A stretch of 64,000 nt of DNA from Candidatus Nanopelagicales bacterium (GCA_041674545.1 JBAYVO010000001.1:89057-153056); one strand, 5' to 3'; shown: positions 27,802 through 36,224, counted from the first letter of the stretch. Numbers and translations: made by a program. The notes: generated by a model not told the origin, from the letters alone.

Positions 27802-28626
27802 CTACTCGGCAGAACCGCGCGCAGCCTTCCGGCGAGAAGCCGCGTAAAGACGGTTACACTCTCTGCAAGTGCCATTCTTAGACAAAGAGTTCTCTAAATC
27901 CAAAAAATGTCCGTCTTCGCATACAATTCTGTCCAAGCCCTGCTGATAGCAAATTTCAGCACGACGAACAAAAAAAGTATCACGAGACTTAATTACCTTG
28001 TCTCGCTCACACTGCTTGCACACAGCAGTGCCATTCTCATTAATTCGAATACCAACTTCCGCAAGCACGTGTCCATGATTACAAGTCTCACGCTTGGTCA
28101 GCGACAACTTCACCCGGCCACGCCGAGCACTCTCTTCAGACGTGGTCCCATCCAGGTGCGCGGGATTCACGCACCGACGAATACCGCAAATGTCATTGAG
28201 ATGGTCCACCACCTCACCCTCCTCAAGAGGGCGGTTGTAGAACTCGAAACTCCAGCGGTGCGCGCCGACCGTCTTGTACTTGCCGTCGACCTTGACCGAA
28301 AACCTGCCGTAACCCTGATGCGTCAGGTGACCGGTCCAATACCAATGGCCGTCGCGGTCCTTCTCCACCCGGCGAAGGAACTTGGTCTCCAGGTCTTCAT
28401 TACGCGGCCCGTACTCACGGCGGGGAACATGCTCGTACGCCACGGGCACCGCGTAGATGATCACCGAACCACGGGGAGTGCGGGCGACCTCCAGACGCGG
28501 AGACTTCAAGCCCGGCTCGGTGATCTGCTTGCGGCGCCCGTCCTCGTAGAAACGACGCGGCCTGGTCGGGATCCCCATCTGACGAATCAGAACGTCGCGC
28601 AGCGGGACGCCAGCGATCTCAATCAA
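27802..28626 (-). CDS. Free-standing HNH homing endonuclease
   Basis: HQGYGRFSV...VGAHRWSFE...VVDHLNDICGIRRCVNPAHLDGTT (HNH_3-type) plus C-terminal CxxC pairs. Locally low GC. Inserted next to the major tail gene. Confidence 0.85.
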   Translation of the reverse strand: MIEIAGVPLRDVLIRQMGIPTRPRRFYEDGRRKQITEPGLKSPRLEVARTPRGSVIIYAVPVAYEHVPRREYGPRNEDLETKFLRRVEKDRDGHWYWTGHLTHQGYGRFSVKVDGKYKTVGAHRWSFEFYNRPLEEGEVVDHLNDICGIRRCVNPAHLDGTTSEESARRGRVKLSLTKRETCNHGHVLAEVGIRINENGTAVCKQCERDKVIKSRDTFFVRRAEICYQQGLDRIVCEDGHFLDLENSLSKNGTCRECNRLYAASRRKAARGSAE

Positions 28627-28669
28627 CTTACACTCCTCTAGGTATGACTACTTTGTCGTACCCAAAAGA

Positions 28670-28939
28670 TCAGCTGTCGCGGTCGACTACCACAGATTCA
28701 ATGAGGTCACCGGAGATGTCGAAACGGTGCAACACGAGGGCAACGTCCTTGCCCTCGGAACGCATCCGGCGGCGGCAATCCTGGCACGCAAGCTCAATAA
28801 GATTGTCTGTGGTGACAGGAGCAGTCTGACCAGCAAGTCGGAGTTTGGCGAAAAGCTTCCGGGGGCCGGTGGGACACCGAAGCTCGACCTCGCGTGCGCT
28901 ATCCACCGACATGCCCCAGACTTCGACCGAAGCCGTCAT
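28670..28939 (-). CDS. Hypothetical protein (89 aa)
   Basis: ORF with a 4-nt overlap onto the glycosyltransferase gene. Only 3 Cys, so no firm Zn-finger call. Confidence 0.5.
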   Translation of the reverse strand: MTASVEVWGMSVDSAREVELRCPTGPRKLFAKLRLAGQTAPVTTDNLIELACQDCRRRMRSEGKDVALVLHRFDISGDLIESVVVDRDS

Positions 28940-30132
28940 GATGACAATCCGTCTAAGGCGCCGCGACGCAGCATATCCTGGAACTGCGCTGACTCAGGCT
29001 TCTCCGGTTTGCGGCACATCCGCATACGTGTAGCGACCTCGACTCCTCGACTGCCCGCAACAGTTTCCAAGCGATCACAGAACCGCTCCAGGACCCGGGT
29101 CCAGCTCACCATGTTCGGGAGCGTGCGAGCGGCAACCTCGCCGCGACGCGCCGCCTCAGAACGATTGTTGTAGATACCGAGCATGATCTCCGCGAGATGG
29201 TCCTCATCCGCGATAGCCGCTCGCGCCTTGAGACCGGAGAACGTTTCCTTCATCTCGAACCGCAGCGGATAGGCGTACTGATCGCTCATCCACTGCGCGT
29301 GCCCGCCCACGTTGGTCGCCACGACCGCACCACCGGTGGAGGCGAACTCGATGGCCGGTCGGTTCTTTCCCTCGCCCCAGGACGGCGCCAGCAGCACGTG
29401 CGACTCACGGTAGAGCGCGTGAACGGCCTCGACCGACCACATCTCCCCGATGATCTTCAGACCCGAACACCAGGACTCCATGGCCGGATGCAGACCGGGA
29501 TACGTGGTCTTGAGGACCAGCTGCGCATCTTGCAACTCGCCCGCGTCGCGCAGCTTCTTGAACGAATTGATCGACACCCACGGGTTCTTGCGTGACGACA
29601 GAGCGCCCAACATGAGAAAACGGAACGGGGACGCATTCCAGTCACGCTGATGCGGAGGAAGTGTCGTCACCCCACCCTGAAGTACAGAAACTTTGTCGTG
29701 GTACGGGCTCAGAGCTGACTTGGACACTTCGTCGTAGGCGAACACCGCGTCGAAGTGTGTCAAAGCCTTGCCCAGGTGATCGGTCACCCGAAACGCGTGC
29801 TCGCAGTTCGCCTGATTGACCTCATCGACGTTGTCGAGAGAATCCCACTCCCACATCGACCACGCCACCGACACCGTCGACACCGAGTACAACCCCGCCG
29901 ACTCAGGAGAGCGCGCCAGCTCCTGGGGGCAGCGATGCGAAATCAACAAATCCACATGCTCGGGAATGGGCTTGGTGATTAGGGCCGCGACATCCGCCGG
30001 GAGCGGGGGATGAACACCGGAAGGGTGCAGATACACATCCGCGCCCCACGCCATCAGCGCCTGAGCAAGTTCAATACCATCTGTGCCGTAACCTGTTTGA
30101 CTGTTCACCGGGCACGACAAAAGTACCTTCAA
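28936..30132 (-). CDS. GT-B fold (GT4-like) glycosyltransferase
   Basis: HVLLAPSWGEGKNRPAIEFASTGGAVVATNVGGHAQWM matches the GT4 EX7E region. Start moved to TTG 30132, which has AAGGAG 6 nt upstream and follows the upstream stop at 30146. The track's ATG 30210 would overlap the upstream gene by 65 nt. Confidence 0.8.
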   Translation of the reverse strand: MKVLLSCPVNSQTGYGTDGIELAQALMAWGADVYLHPSGVHPPLPADVAALITKPIPEHVDLLISHRCPQELARSPESAGLYSVSTVSVAWSMWEWDSLDNVDEVNQANCEHAFRVTDHLGKALTHFDAVFAYDEVSKSALSPYHDKVSVLQGGVTTLPPHQRDWNASPFRFLMLGALSSRKNPWVSINSFKKLRDAGELQDAQLVLKTTYPGLHPAMESWCSGLKIIGEMWSVEAVHALYRESHVLLAPSWGEGKNRPAIEFASTGGAVVATNVGGHAQWMSDQYAYPLRFEMKETFSGLKARAAIADEDHLAEIMLGIYNNRSEAARRGEVAARTLPNMVSWTRVLERFCDRLETVAGSRGVEVATRMRMCRKPEKPESAQFQDMLRRGALDGLSS

Positions 30133-30145
30133 GGTATCTCCTTGC

Positions 30146-30670
30146 TCAACCTGTATTAAGCCCGTAATGGCATTGAAGACGTACGCCTTCCGGCCAGTCC
30201 GAGACCTCATAGACGTCGGGGAGCGACATCAGTTGCGAGCCCCATACTCGCAATCCCGGATCTCCCGAAGCGCTGCCCCACACTTCGGAGAAACCATCAA
30301 CCCGATGCAACACTGTCTGGAAATGCTCCCAGACCATACGAGCCCTAGATTCCGCATCATCTCGCAGCGGGGGCCCATTCAAGGACTCGCGCGAGCAATC
30401 CGCGTAAATCTCCAGCGACAGCCGTGGAAACCGAGCTGTGTTGTGCTGATTAGGACGTGTCCACGCGCCCTCTTCACGTAAAACTGCAGCGGCTTTCCCC
30501 GTTCCCTCCACCACTGCCTGAAGCTTGCGAACGAACAGCCAGACTCCAACAGGCGCAGACCCCACGGGGGAGGCGAGCGCACTCACCACACCGGGAACGG
30601 TCGACAATTTGCGATGAGCGGCGACTGCGAGATCATTGCGCGCCAACAGAGGAAACAGCGAACTTGTCAC
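30146..30670 (-). CDS. Neck/tail terminator-like protein (by position)
   Basis: 174-aa ORF, last of four consecutive coupled neck genes (GTGA overlap at 30667-30670). Function from synteny only. Confidence 0.45.
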   Translation of the reverse strand: MTSSLFPLLARNDLAVAAHRKLSTVPGVVSALASPVGSAPVGVWLFVRKLQAVVEGTGKAAAVLREEGAWTRPNQHNTARFPRLSLEIYADCSRESLNGPPLRDDAESRARMVWEHFQTVLHRVDGFSEVWGSASGDPGLRVWGSQLMSLPDVYEVSDWPEGVRLQCHYGLNTG

Positions 30671-31041
30671 TGCAACCTCGCACGGACTGTCGCACCCATA
30701 GCGTGCAAAAAATCATCGCGGAGCAGATCGAGGTTGCTCATCGCGTCGTGCTCCTCGCCGCGCCCGAACTCCTCTTTGGCGTACCTGACGATGGGGTGCG
30801 CGTAACCCGGGGCAGGCCCGCCATACGAGATCTCTCCCGACCAGCTGCTCTCATCTCGACGGTTCGAGACGCGACCTGAGCCCTTCAACGAGCCGGTGAT
30901 GACGTGGACACGGGCCTGAGTCTCCTCAAAGCCCTTTGCCAGCACCTGCGACAGCTCCGCCAGCGTCTCCACGCCGGGACCTTCGTGGGCGTCGAGAGCG
31001 TCGAGCCACTCCGACACATCGACATAGAGATAGACCGACAT
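30667..31041 (-). CDS. HK97 gp10-like neck/tail completion protein
   Basis: 124 aa. VHVITGSLKGSGRV resembles the gp10-family TGxLrxS motif. TGATG coupling on both sides. Confidence 0.55.
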   Translation of the reverse strand: MSVYLYVDVSEWLDALDAHEGPGVETLAELSQVLAKGFEETQARVHVITGSLKGSGRVSNRRDESSWSGEISYGGPAPGYAHPIVRYAKEEFGRGEEHDAMSNLDLLRDDFLHAMGATVRARLQ

Positions 31042-31439
31042 CAGAGATTCACCGCCACAGCACCCTGGGCCACAGAAGGGGCCACCTCGATCGCTTGTCC
31101 CTCAAGGTGATGGAAATTCCGCATGTTGATAGCGCGATCGGGAGCGGTGCGGACCTCCCAGGTGCCCACCACCGGACCCGCCACGCACTCCATGCGATCA
31201 CCGGGACGCAGCTCGGTGCCCGGGGCACACCAGTATGTCGCCACCCGATCGGGGGCACGACCGGCTTGCGCGGGCATGGGGACGTCCTTGCCGGGACGGT
31301 AGAAGCCGACCTCGATCCGGCACTGCACCCGCTCCATGCCCGCCACCACGACCCAGCTGGTCGCGAGCACACCGTCGGTGAACACGCCCTGAGAACGTGT
31401 CACTCGCACGTATGTCGGCATAAGTCGATACGGGATCAC
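31041..31439 (-). CDS. Head closure/head-tail stopper-like protein
   Basis: 132-aa ORF in the neck block with overlaps to both neighbours. Assigned by synteny. Confidence 0.5.
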   Translation of the reverse strand: MIPYRLMPTYVRVTRSQGVFTDGVLATSWVVVAGMERVQCRIEVGFYRPGKDVPMPAQAGRAPDRVATYWCAPGTELRPGDRMECVAGPVVGTWEVRTAPDRAINMRNFHHLEGQAIEVAPSVAQGAVAVNL

Positions 31440-31975
31440 CGGTACATGCCTCCACCGGACTCCAGCGGAGGACCCTGCCGGAAGTTCTCCGTATCCGCCG
31501 GACCCGTCAAGATCGGACGGCCACCGGCCCAGCCGATGTCACCAGGACGATCGAAGGCCGAGATGGACGCGTTGGAGATCGTCGACGTGAACGCGTCCGC
31601 CGCTGCATCGAGCAGCTTGGACACCGCGACGTCGAACCACGACACACCCGACGGGATCCCGGCCAGCACATTCTGCTCAGCCAGGGTGTAGGAATACGAA
31701 CCGATGTTCTCCGTCTTGAACGGAGAGAACCTCATGTCGCGATGGTTGTTGCCTTCAAAGATGGCCTCCGCCATCGCCAACACGCCGCGACGAGCAGTGC
31801 GCCCGAGCAGCGTGTTGGCCGGTGGCAGCTCCGTGATGGAGACAGACGACAGCGCAAGCTCCAGCAGATCACCAGCCTGCGCCAGAGCCTCCATCACGAA
31901 CGGACGGTCGTAGTGCTCCGGGCTTTGACCGGTGAAGTTGGAAAGATCAATTTCCGTAAGCCCGGTATCCACCAC
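31436..31975 (-). CDS. Head-to-tail adaptor-like protein
   Basis: 179-aa ORF, first of the neck block, with a GGAGG RBS. Assigned by synteny. Confidence 0.5.
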   Translation of the reverse strand: MVDTGLTEIDLSNFTGQSPEHYDRPFVMEALAQAGDLLELALSSVSITELPPANTLLGRTARRGVLAMAEAIFEGNNHRDMRFSPFKTENIGSYSYTLAEQNVLAGIPSGVSWFDVAVSKLLDAAADAFTSTISNASISAFDRPGDIGWAGGRPILTGPADTENFRQGPPLESGGGMYR

Positions 31976-31984
31976 AACCTCCGA

Positions 31985-32743
31985 TTAGGTCAGCTTGGTC
32001 TTCAAGGTCGCCAGCTGCTGAATCGGACGTGCAACGCGGTTGCGATTACGCTCGCGATCCGCTGCAGCGCCGTCCTTCCACGGCAAACCCGGCCATGGTC
32101 CATGTCCGAACTTGACCTGACCCCAACGGCGAAGCTGCTCACCATCGGTCAGCAGCACCCACGACTTACCGGTGCGATCACAGGTGTCGCGCCACGCTGG
32201 AGTGCCCACCTCGAACTCGATCTCCTGGCCGACATACCAGACCTGACCGTTGGAAGTGAACCCGTCCTCGCGGACGTGAATGATCACCGTGTCGCCGGGA
32301 GCCGGGTCGATCGGAGGCGGGCCCACAGCCCACGACGCGACCTCCGCACCAGAGCCGGACAGAGCGGCCCGTGCTGCCGCCAGTTCGGCTTCCAGACGCA
32401 GCACCAGCTCGGTCTGGGCGGTGTTAGGGACCGGACCCGCCGGGAGGTTGTCCGAGCCAACGGTGTCGTTCGCCAAATTCTCCACATTGGTGTTGGAGAT
32501 GACCACAGACTCCGACACATTCGAAGTAGTGACCGGCGGGACGTTGATGCCCGGGGTCGCATCGATCACCGGCTCGGGGTCCGGCGGAACGATGTAGGCG
32601 GACAGATCATCATCGGGCTCAGCCGACGCCACCTCATCGGGGGCATCCGCAGGAGGGATCGCTCCCTTGGTCTTAGGAGTGCGCCCCGATGGGGGTGGCG
32701 GGCTGGACCGACGGATAGCAGGCTTCTCGTCTTCAGATGGCAT
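31985..32743 (-). CDS. Hypothetical protein with a Pro-rich N-terminus (252 aa)
   Basis: ORF on the coding strand with an AAGGAG RBS. No recognisable motif. Confidence 0.55.
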   Translation of the reverse strand: MPSEDEKPAIRRSSPPPPSGRTPKTKGAIPPADAPDEVASAEPDDDLSAYIVPPDPEPVIDATPGINVPPVTTSNVSESVVISNTNVENLANDTVGSDNLPAGPVPNTAQTELVLRLEAELAAARAALSGSGAEVASWAVGPPPIDPAPGDTVIIHVREDGFTSNGQVWYVGQEIEFEVGTPAWRDTCDRTGKSWVLLTDGEQLRRWGQVKFGHGPWPGLPWKDGAAADRERNRNRVARPIQQLATLKTKLT

Positions 32744-32763
32744 TGAATGCTCCTTGAGCTAAC

Positions 32764-33120
32764 TCAGACCTCAGCGATGTTGGTGTCGTCGTACGACACC
32801 GTCTGGCCACGGTTGGGGATGGCGTAGACGCCGACAGCACCGGCTGCAGCGATGAGCATCTGAATCAGCTCGACCGTCTGGATGCCGCCGACGATGGCCG
32901 ACGCCAGCACGGTCAAAATCGCCGCGAGTGCCGACACGATGAACTTGGTGTACTTCGCTCCCGGGATGTTCGGTGCGGTGAACACGGCAGCGGCACCGAC
33001 GCCGATGATGGCGACGTTGACCCACTCCACAGAGTCCACAACGTTGTCACCCGCAAGCGCCGCCACCAGAGCAGCGGCGATCGTGACAACCACCTGCATG
33101 ACGAGCTTTGCGTACTTCAT
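32764..33120 (-). CDS. Integral membrane protein (3-4 TM), holin-like
   Basis: 118 aa, almost entirely hydrophobic Ala/Val/Ile/Gly helices. GAGGAGGG RBS. Confidence 0.6.
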   Translation of the reverse strand: MKYAKLVMQVVVTIAAALVAALAGDNVVDSVEWVNVAIIGVGAAAVFTAPNIPGAKYTKFIVSALAAILTVLASAIVGGIQTVELIQMLIAAAGAVGVYAIPNRGQTVSYDDTNIAEV

Positions 33121-33186
33121 GACAACCCTCCTCAGGAAGCGCAGCAGGAAAGCCGTGCTTCTCCGAGGTCTTCGACCTGGTGTCGG

Positions 33187-33369
33187 TTAAACTCCTCGAC
33201 CCCGTACAAGTCCCAGGATCGCCAGAATGAACAGGACCACGGCGGCGATGTAGCCGATGATCATGACAATGGAGCCGCCCGGGGCAGGGATGTAGGGCGG
33301 AACGAAGATGGCGATGAGCAGGCAGATGACTGCGCCGATGAGGCAGCCGATCCAATTTGTACGCACCAT
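33187..33369 (-). CDS. Small membrane protein (2 TM)
   Basis: 60 aa: WIGCLIGAVICLLIAIFV...IVMIIGYIAAVVLFILAILGLV. First gene after the terminator at 33394-33421. Confidence 0.55.
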   Translation of the reverse strand: MVRTNWIGCLIGAVICLLIAIFVPPYIPAPGGSIVMIIGYIAAVVLFILAILGLVRGRGV

Positions 33370-33393
33370 GTAAGTGTCTTCGACCTAGAACGC

Positions 33394-33421
33394 AAAAAAG
33401 GGACCGGATTCGTCCGGTCCC
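33394..33421 (-). terminator. Rho-independent terminator
   Basis: Minus strand reads GGGACCGGA-CGAA-TCCGGTCCC followed by TTTTTTG: a perfect 9-bp GC-rich stem, a tetraloop and a T6 tract. Confidence 0.85.
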
Positions 33422-33424
33422 TTC

Positions 33425-33661
33425 TCAGCTGGCCTCCGCATCCGGGACCAACCCCGTCGCCTGCCAGTGCGCCAACTGACCCTCGGTCCAGCCGAGCCAC
33501 ACGTGCAGCGGCTCACCGATGGTCTTCTTACAACGACGCCATTCTCGTTCTAGAAGTCTGACTTCCTCCGCGTTCAACTGACGAACCGGATAATTCTTCT
33601 CATGAACGGAATTGAGTCTACGTGCTACTTCCTGCGGAGTTTCCGGGGGAAGAAAACTCAT
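33425..33661 (-). CDS. Hypothetical protein (78 aa)
   Basis: Last gene of the small-gene island. ATG 33661 forms an ATGA overlap with the upstream micro-ORF stop. Confidence 0.5.
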   Translation of the reverse strand: MSFLPPETPQEVARRLNSVHEKNYPVRQLNAEEVRLLEREWRRCKKTIGEPLHVWLGWTEGQLAHWQATGLVPDAEAS

Positions 33662-33741
33662 CCGCACTTACAAAAAAGGTAAGGACGTCCACACTTTGTG
33701 CAGTTACCGCGCTGAGGCGGACGGTAGAAATACCAGAACAT
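33658..33741 (-). CDS. 27-aa Cys-rich micro-protein MFWYFYRPPQRGNCTKCGRPYLFCKCG
   Basis: Below the track cutoff. AAGGAG lies 4 nt (AGTC) before ATG 33741, and its stop overlaps the next ATG (ATGA). Contains a CxxC...CxC pattern. Confidence 0.45.
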   Translation of the reverse strand: MFWYFYRPPQRGNCTKCGRPYLFCKCG

Positions 33742-33750
33742 GACTCTCCT

Positions 33751-34005
33751 TTAGTAGGGAGGATAGTAGCCACAATTCATACCAATGTTAAACATGCACT
33801 TACAGCAAAGATACCGCGTCAGTTCGTGAAAATGCCGAGGGCCTGATTGATCACCAATCTTGTGTGTAGCCGGGCCTCCGCACACGCAGATTTCTTCTAC
33901 CGCCGAGATCGAGATGGAATGGGGAGCGTAGTCCACATTGACCCGATCCGGTTCCGCCCACGGCTGGCCCAACGAAGCCAACAAATCATCCATCTCACCC
34001 GGCAC
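33751..34005 (-). CDS. Cys-rich hypothetical protein (84 aa)
   Basis: TAAAGGAG junction upstream of GTG 34005. Cys pattern CVCGG...CCKC...C. Confidence 0.5.
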   Translation of the reverse strand: MPGEMDDLLASLGQPWAEPDRVNVDYAPHSISISAVEEICVCGGPATHKIGDQSGPRHFHELTRYLCCKCMFNIGMNCGYYPPY

Positions 34006-34016
34006 GATGCGCTCCT

Positions 34017-34202
34017 TTAGTCTGTCCGACCATCAAGAGGCTGATGCACTTCCTGCCACTCGATGGATCCGTCAGGACTGACTTCGCCTTCAGAAACCGG
34101 ACCACACTGACAGTCATTCACAGGATCAACATCATGCTCTACAAGATCGTCCAACGGCACGATATGCACCCCGTGGATGGGATCATCTACTCGCGCCCAC
34201 AT
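34017..34202 (-). CDS. Hypothetical protein (61 aa)
   Basis: Start moved to ATG 34202, giving a TGATG overlap with the upstream stop. Confidence 0.45.
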   Translation of the reverse strand: MWARVDDPIHGVHIVPLDDLVEHDVDPVNDCQCGPVSEGEVSPDGSIEWQEVHQPLDGRTD

Positions 34203-34579
34203 CAGGACGGTCCCAGCAGAAGCGAGATCGCATCTCGAAGCTCCGGGCACCCGGTCATCTCAGAAGACGCGCTCAACTTCTTGCCGTCCGTGACCTCGAT
34301 ACCCCGACCATACTTGCAGTCGCAGGTACGGTTCCCGAACGACCGGTACGCGCACACCTCCCGACGTACCGCCTCCAGCGACGCCGCCAGTTCCACGCGC
34401 CTATCGTATTCCGGCGCGAGCACATGCTGGGCCATCAACGGAGCCCATTCGGGATGTCCAGCACGCTGCATCTCGTAGAGAGCGACGTTCAGCGCCCGCT
34501 TCGCGTCATCGACCTCAACGTTGGTCTTCAGATAGACCCGCTGCAGGTTGGCCCGCGCTTCCTCAACCGACATCGACAT
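34202..34579 (-). CDS. Hypothetical protein (125 aa)
   Basis: GGGAGGA RBS before ATG 34579. No motif recognised. Confidence 0.55.
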   Translation of the reverse strand: MSMSVEEARANLQRVYLKTNVEVDDAKRALNVALYEMQRAGHPEWAPLMAQHVLAPEYDRRVELAASLEAVRREVCAYRSFGNRTCDCKYGRGIEVTDGKKLSASSEMTGCPELRDAISLLLGPS

Positions 34580-34943
34580 TCGAATCCTCCCAACCCGGAG
34601 ACATGCACGTCGTCCACGACGCCTTGGTCAACGACCCGTCCTTAGAACGCCGGACCAGAGAATCCCGGCCGTTCCACGTCACGCACGGCTCGACTACCAC
34701 GCACCGATCACCAGAGCAGATGGTCACCACCTCGTTGCGCACCGGCATCCAGTACTCAGACTCGACGTCGCCCCGATGCAGCAACCACTGCAGGCGCCAC
34801 CAGTACTCCAACAGCGGGAGAACGATGCCTCGGCGCCAGAACAGATACACCAGCATGAACGGAACGCGAACGGCCCAGAACCGCGTCGACACCGAGCCGT
34901 CCGTAGGCTTCTTGATGTACAAACGAATCGTCGAAAGTTCCAT
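34563..34943 (-). CDS. Hypothetical protein with an N-terminal hydrophobic segment (126 aa)
   Basis: TGATG coupling with the DUF397 gene. Contains RFWAVRVPFMLVYLFW. Confidence 0.5.
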   Translation of the reverse strand: MELSTIRLYIKKPTDGSVSTRFWAVRVPFMLVYLFWRRGIVLPLLEYWWRLQWLLHRGDVESEYWMPVRNEVVTICSGDRCVVVEPCVTWNGRDSLVRRSKDGSLTKASWTTCMSPGWEDSNVDVG

Positions 34944-35140
34944 CAGATGACCGGATCAAACTCTTCCGGATCGAACTCACCCAGCTTCACGCCACGAATG
35001 AATGCGCTCCACTCGCTCCGGGTAAATCGCAACTTCGGGCCGTCCGACTCCTTGGTGTCGCTGATGAGGAACACAGCGTCCTCGCGCGAGAACTCGACGT
35101 CGACACAGTCACCGGACGGGTTCGAAAAGGACGACTTCAC
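34943..35140 (-). CDS. DUF397 (BldB-like) domain protein
   Basis: VKSSFSNPSGDCVDVEF...VFLISDTKESDGPKLRFTRSEWSAFIRGVKLGEFD matches the actinomycete DUF397 pattern W/xKSSxS..G.CVEV...RDSK.P.GP.L.F....W..F...VK.GEFD. Start is GTG 35140 with a GTGA overlap. Confidence 0.85.
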   Translation of the reverse strand: MKSSFSNPSGDCVDVEFSREDAVFLISDTKESDGPKLRFTRSEWSAFIRGVKLGEFDPEEFDPVI

Positions 35141-35349
35141 GGCTTGGTGCGCTCCTTCCATGCCTTCTTGAACAGATCCCAGTTCACCCGCTGCCGATCG
35201 ATCCATGGCGCCGCGTCCCAGGCGTCCACGATCTGCTCGTACAACTCTTCACACGAGTTCAGATCTTCAGCTCGCTCTGCGGCGTCGTACTTCTCATTCA
35301 ACTCCAGCCACTCCTGCAGAGACGGCGGGACTGCCAAATCAGCGCTCAT
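35137..35349 (-). CDS. Hypothetical protein (70 aa)
   Basis: Start is preceded by a junction motif copy (35347-35364). Confidence 0.55.
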   Translation of the reverse strand: MSADLAVPPSLQEWLELNEKYDAAERAEDLNSCEELYEQIVDAWDAAPWIDRQRVNWDLFKKAWKERTKP

Positions 35350-35364
35350 GCAGGTGTTCTACCC
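35347..35364 (-). repeat. Start-associated junction motif copy
   Basis: Minus strand GGGTAGAACACCTGCATG. The TAG is the stop of 35359..35565 and the ATG is the start of 35137..35349. Confidence 0.8.
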
Positions 35365-35565
35365 GCTAGTGAGCTGCCAGAGCCCCCACAAAGACAGGCC
35401 AAAGGCCACCACCGTGATCACCGGCAGCAAAACCCACGCCCACTGCCCCGCCTCATCCGAGATGCAGAACAGAATCACCCACAACATCCACACGAGGAAC
35501 GCCGCAGCGACCGCACCAAAAAAGACTCCGAGCAACTCCAAAAACGGAGGAAGCGTGATCGTCAC
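35359..35565 (-). CDS. Small membrane protein (2 TM)
   Basis: 68 aa: LGVFFGAVAAAFLVWMLWVILF...WAWVLLPVITVVAFGLSLWGLW. GTGA overlap at the start. Confidence 0.55.
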   Translation of the reverse strand: MTITLPPFLELLGVFFGAVAAAFLVWMLWVILFCISDEAGQWAWVLLPVITVVAFGLSLWGLWQLTSG

Positions 35566-36224
35566 GTCCGGATCACCACGGTATTGCGCACCTCAACACT
35601 GTTAGTGCGGCCACGTTGCGCGCGAGAATCCGCCTTGACCGACGACGACTGTGTCTGAGTCTCCGAAGGGAAACGACCGGACAGCAGATCCATCATTTTC
35701 TCGACATTGTTCTCAACAATGTGAGTGTAATCCACACCATCCAAAACCAGCAGAATGGCAAGCTTGCCGTCACGAAGTGCGTAGATCAGCTCTACAGAGT
35801 CGGTGAACAGACTCAGAGCCCAATAGCCGCGCTCGTGACCCACTTCAAGAGACTCGCCAAACCCGGCCGACAGATGCTCATACGCCTTCTGAATGAGCTT
35901 GGGGGCATCTTCGATATTTGCGCCAGTCGGAAAGTCGCGAGGAAGACTTTGACGGTAAGTAGGGTCGCGCCACAACTTACCGAAATCGTCATCCAGCCAC
36001 ACAGTAGGACGCTGCTTACCATCAACAGACAGCTTCACGTTCTTGAGGAACGTGCGTCCGCTCGGACTGACCTTGAAAAACGCCTCGTTGCGGACCCGGC
36101 CGTTATTGGCGATCAGCGTCCAGCCGCGCGTCACCTTAATGACCTCGGGGACCTCCCCCGTCTGTGCAACAACACGTTCGATGTATTCCTGCACAGACGG
36201 GGGATAGATCGAAACATCAGCCAC
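35562..36224 (-). CDS. Hypothetical protein (220 aa), abuts the nucleotidyltransferase gene
   Basis: GTG 36224 follows directly after the upstream TGA. No motif recognised. Confidence 0.6.
   Translation of the reverse strand: MADVSIYPPSVQEYIERVVAQTGEVPEVIKVTRGWTLIANNGRVRNEAFFKVSPSGRTFLKNVKLSVDGKQRPTVWLDDDFGKLWRDPTYRQSLPRDFPTGANIEDAPKLIQKAYEHLSAGFGESLEVGHERGYWALSLFTDSVELIYALRDGKLAILLVLDGVDYTHIVENNVEKMMDLLSGRFPSETQTQSSSVKADSRAQRGRTNSVEVRNTVVIRT

Noticed and set aside
28670-28939. Mu Com-like zinc-finger translational regulator (RCP...KLFAKL...ACQDC)
   Set aside because: Only three Cys are present and one CxxC pair is missing. The resemblance is too weak without a profile search.
33163-33175. 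Exact 13-mer CGAAGACCTCGGA (minus strand) shared with 45901-45913, both just downstream of terminators
   Set aside because: Roughly tens of exact 13-mer coincidences are expected by chance in 64 kb on both strands. There is no third exact copy, so this is not enough to call a regulatory element.
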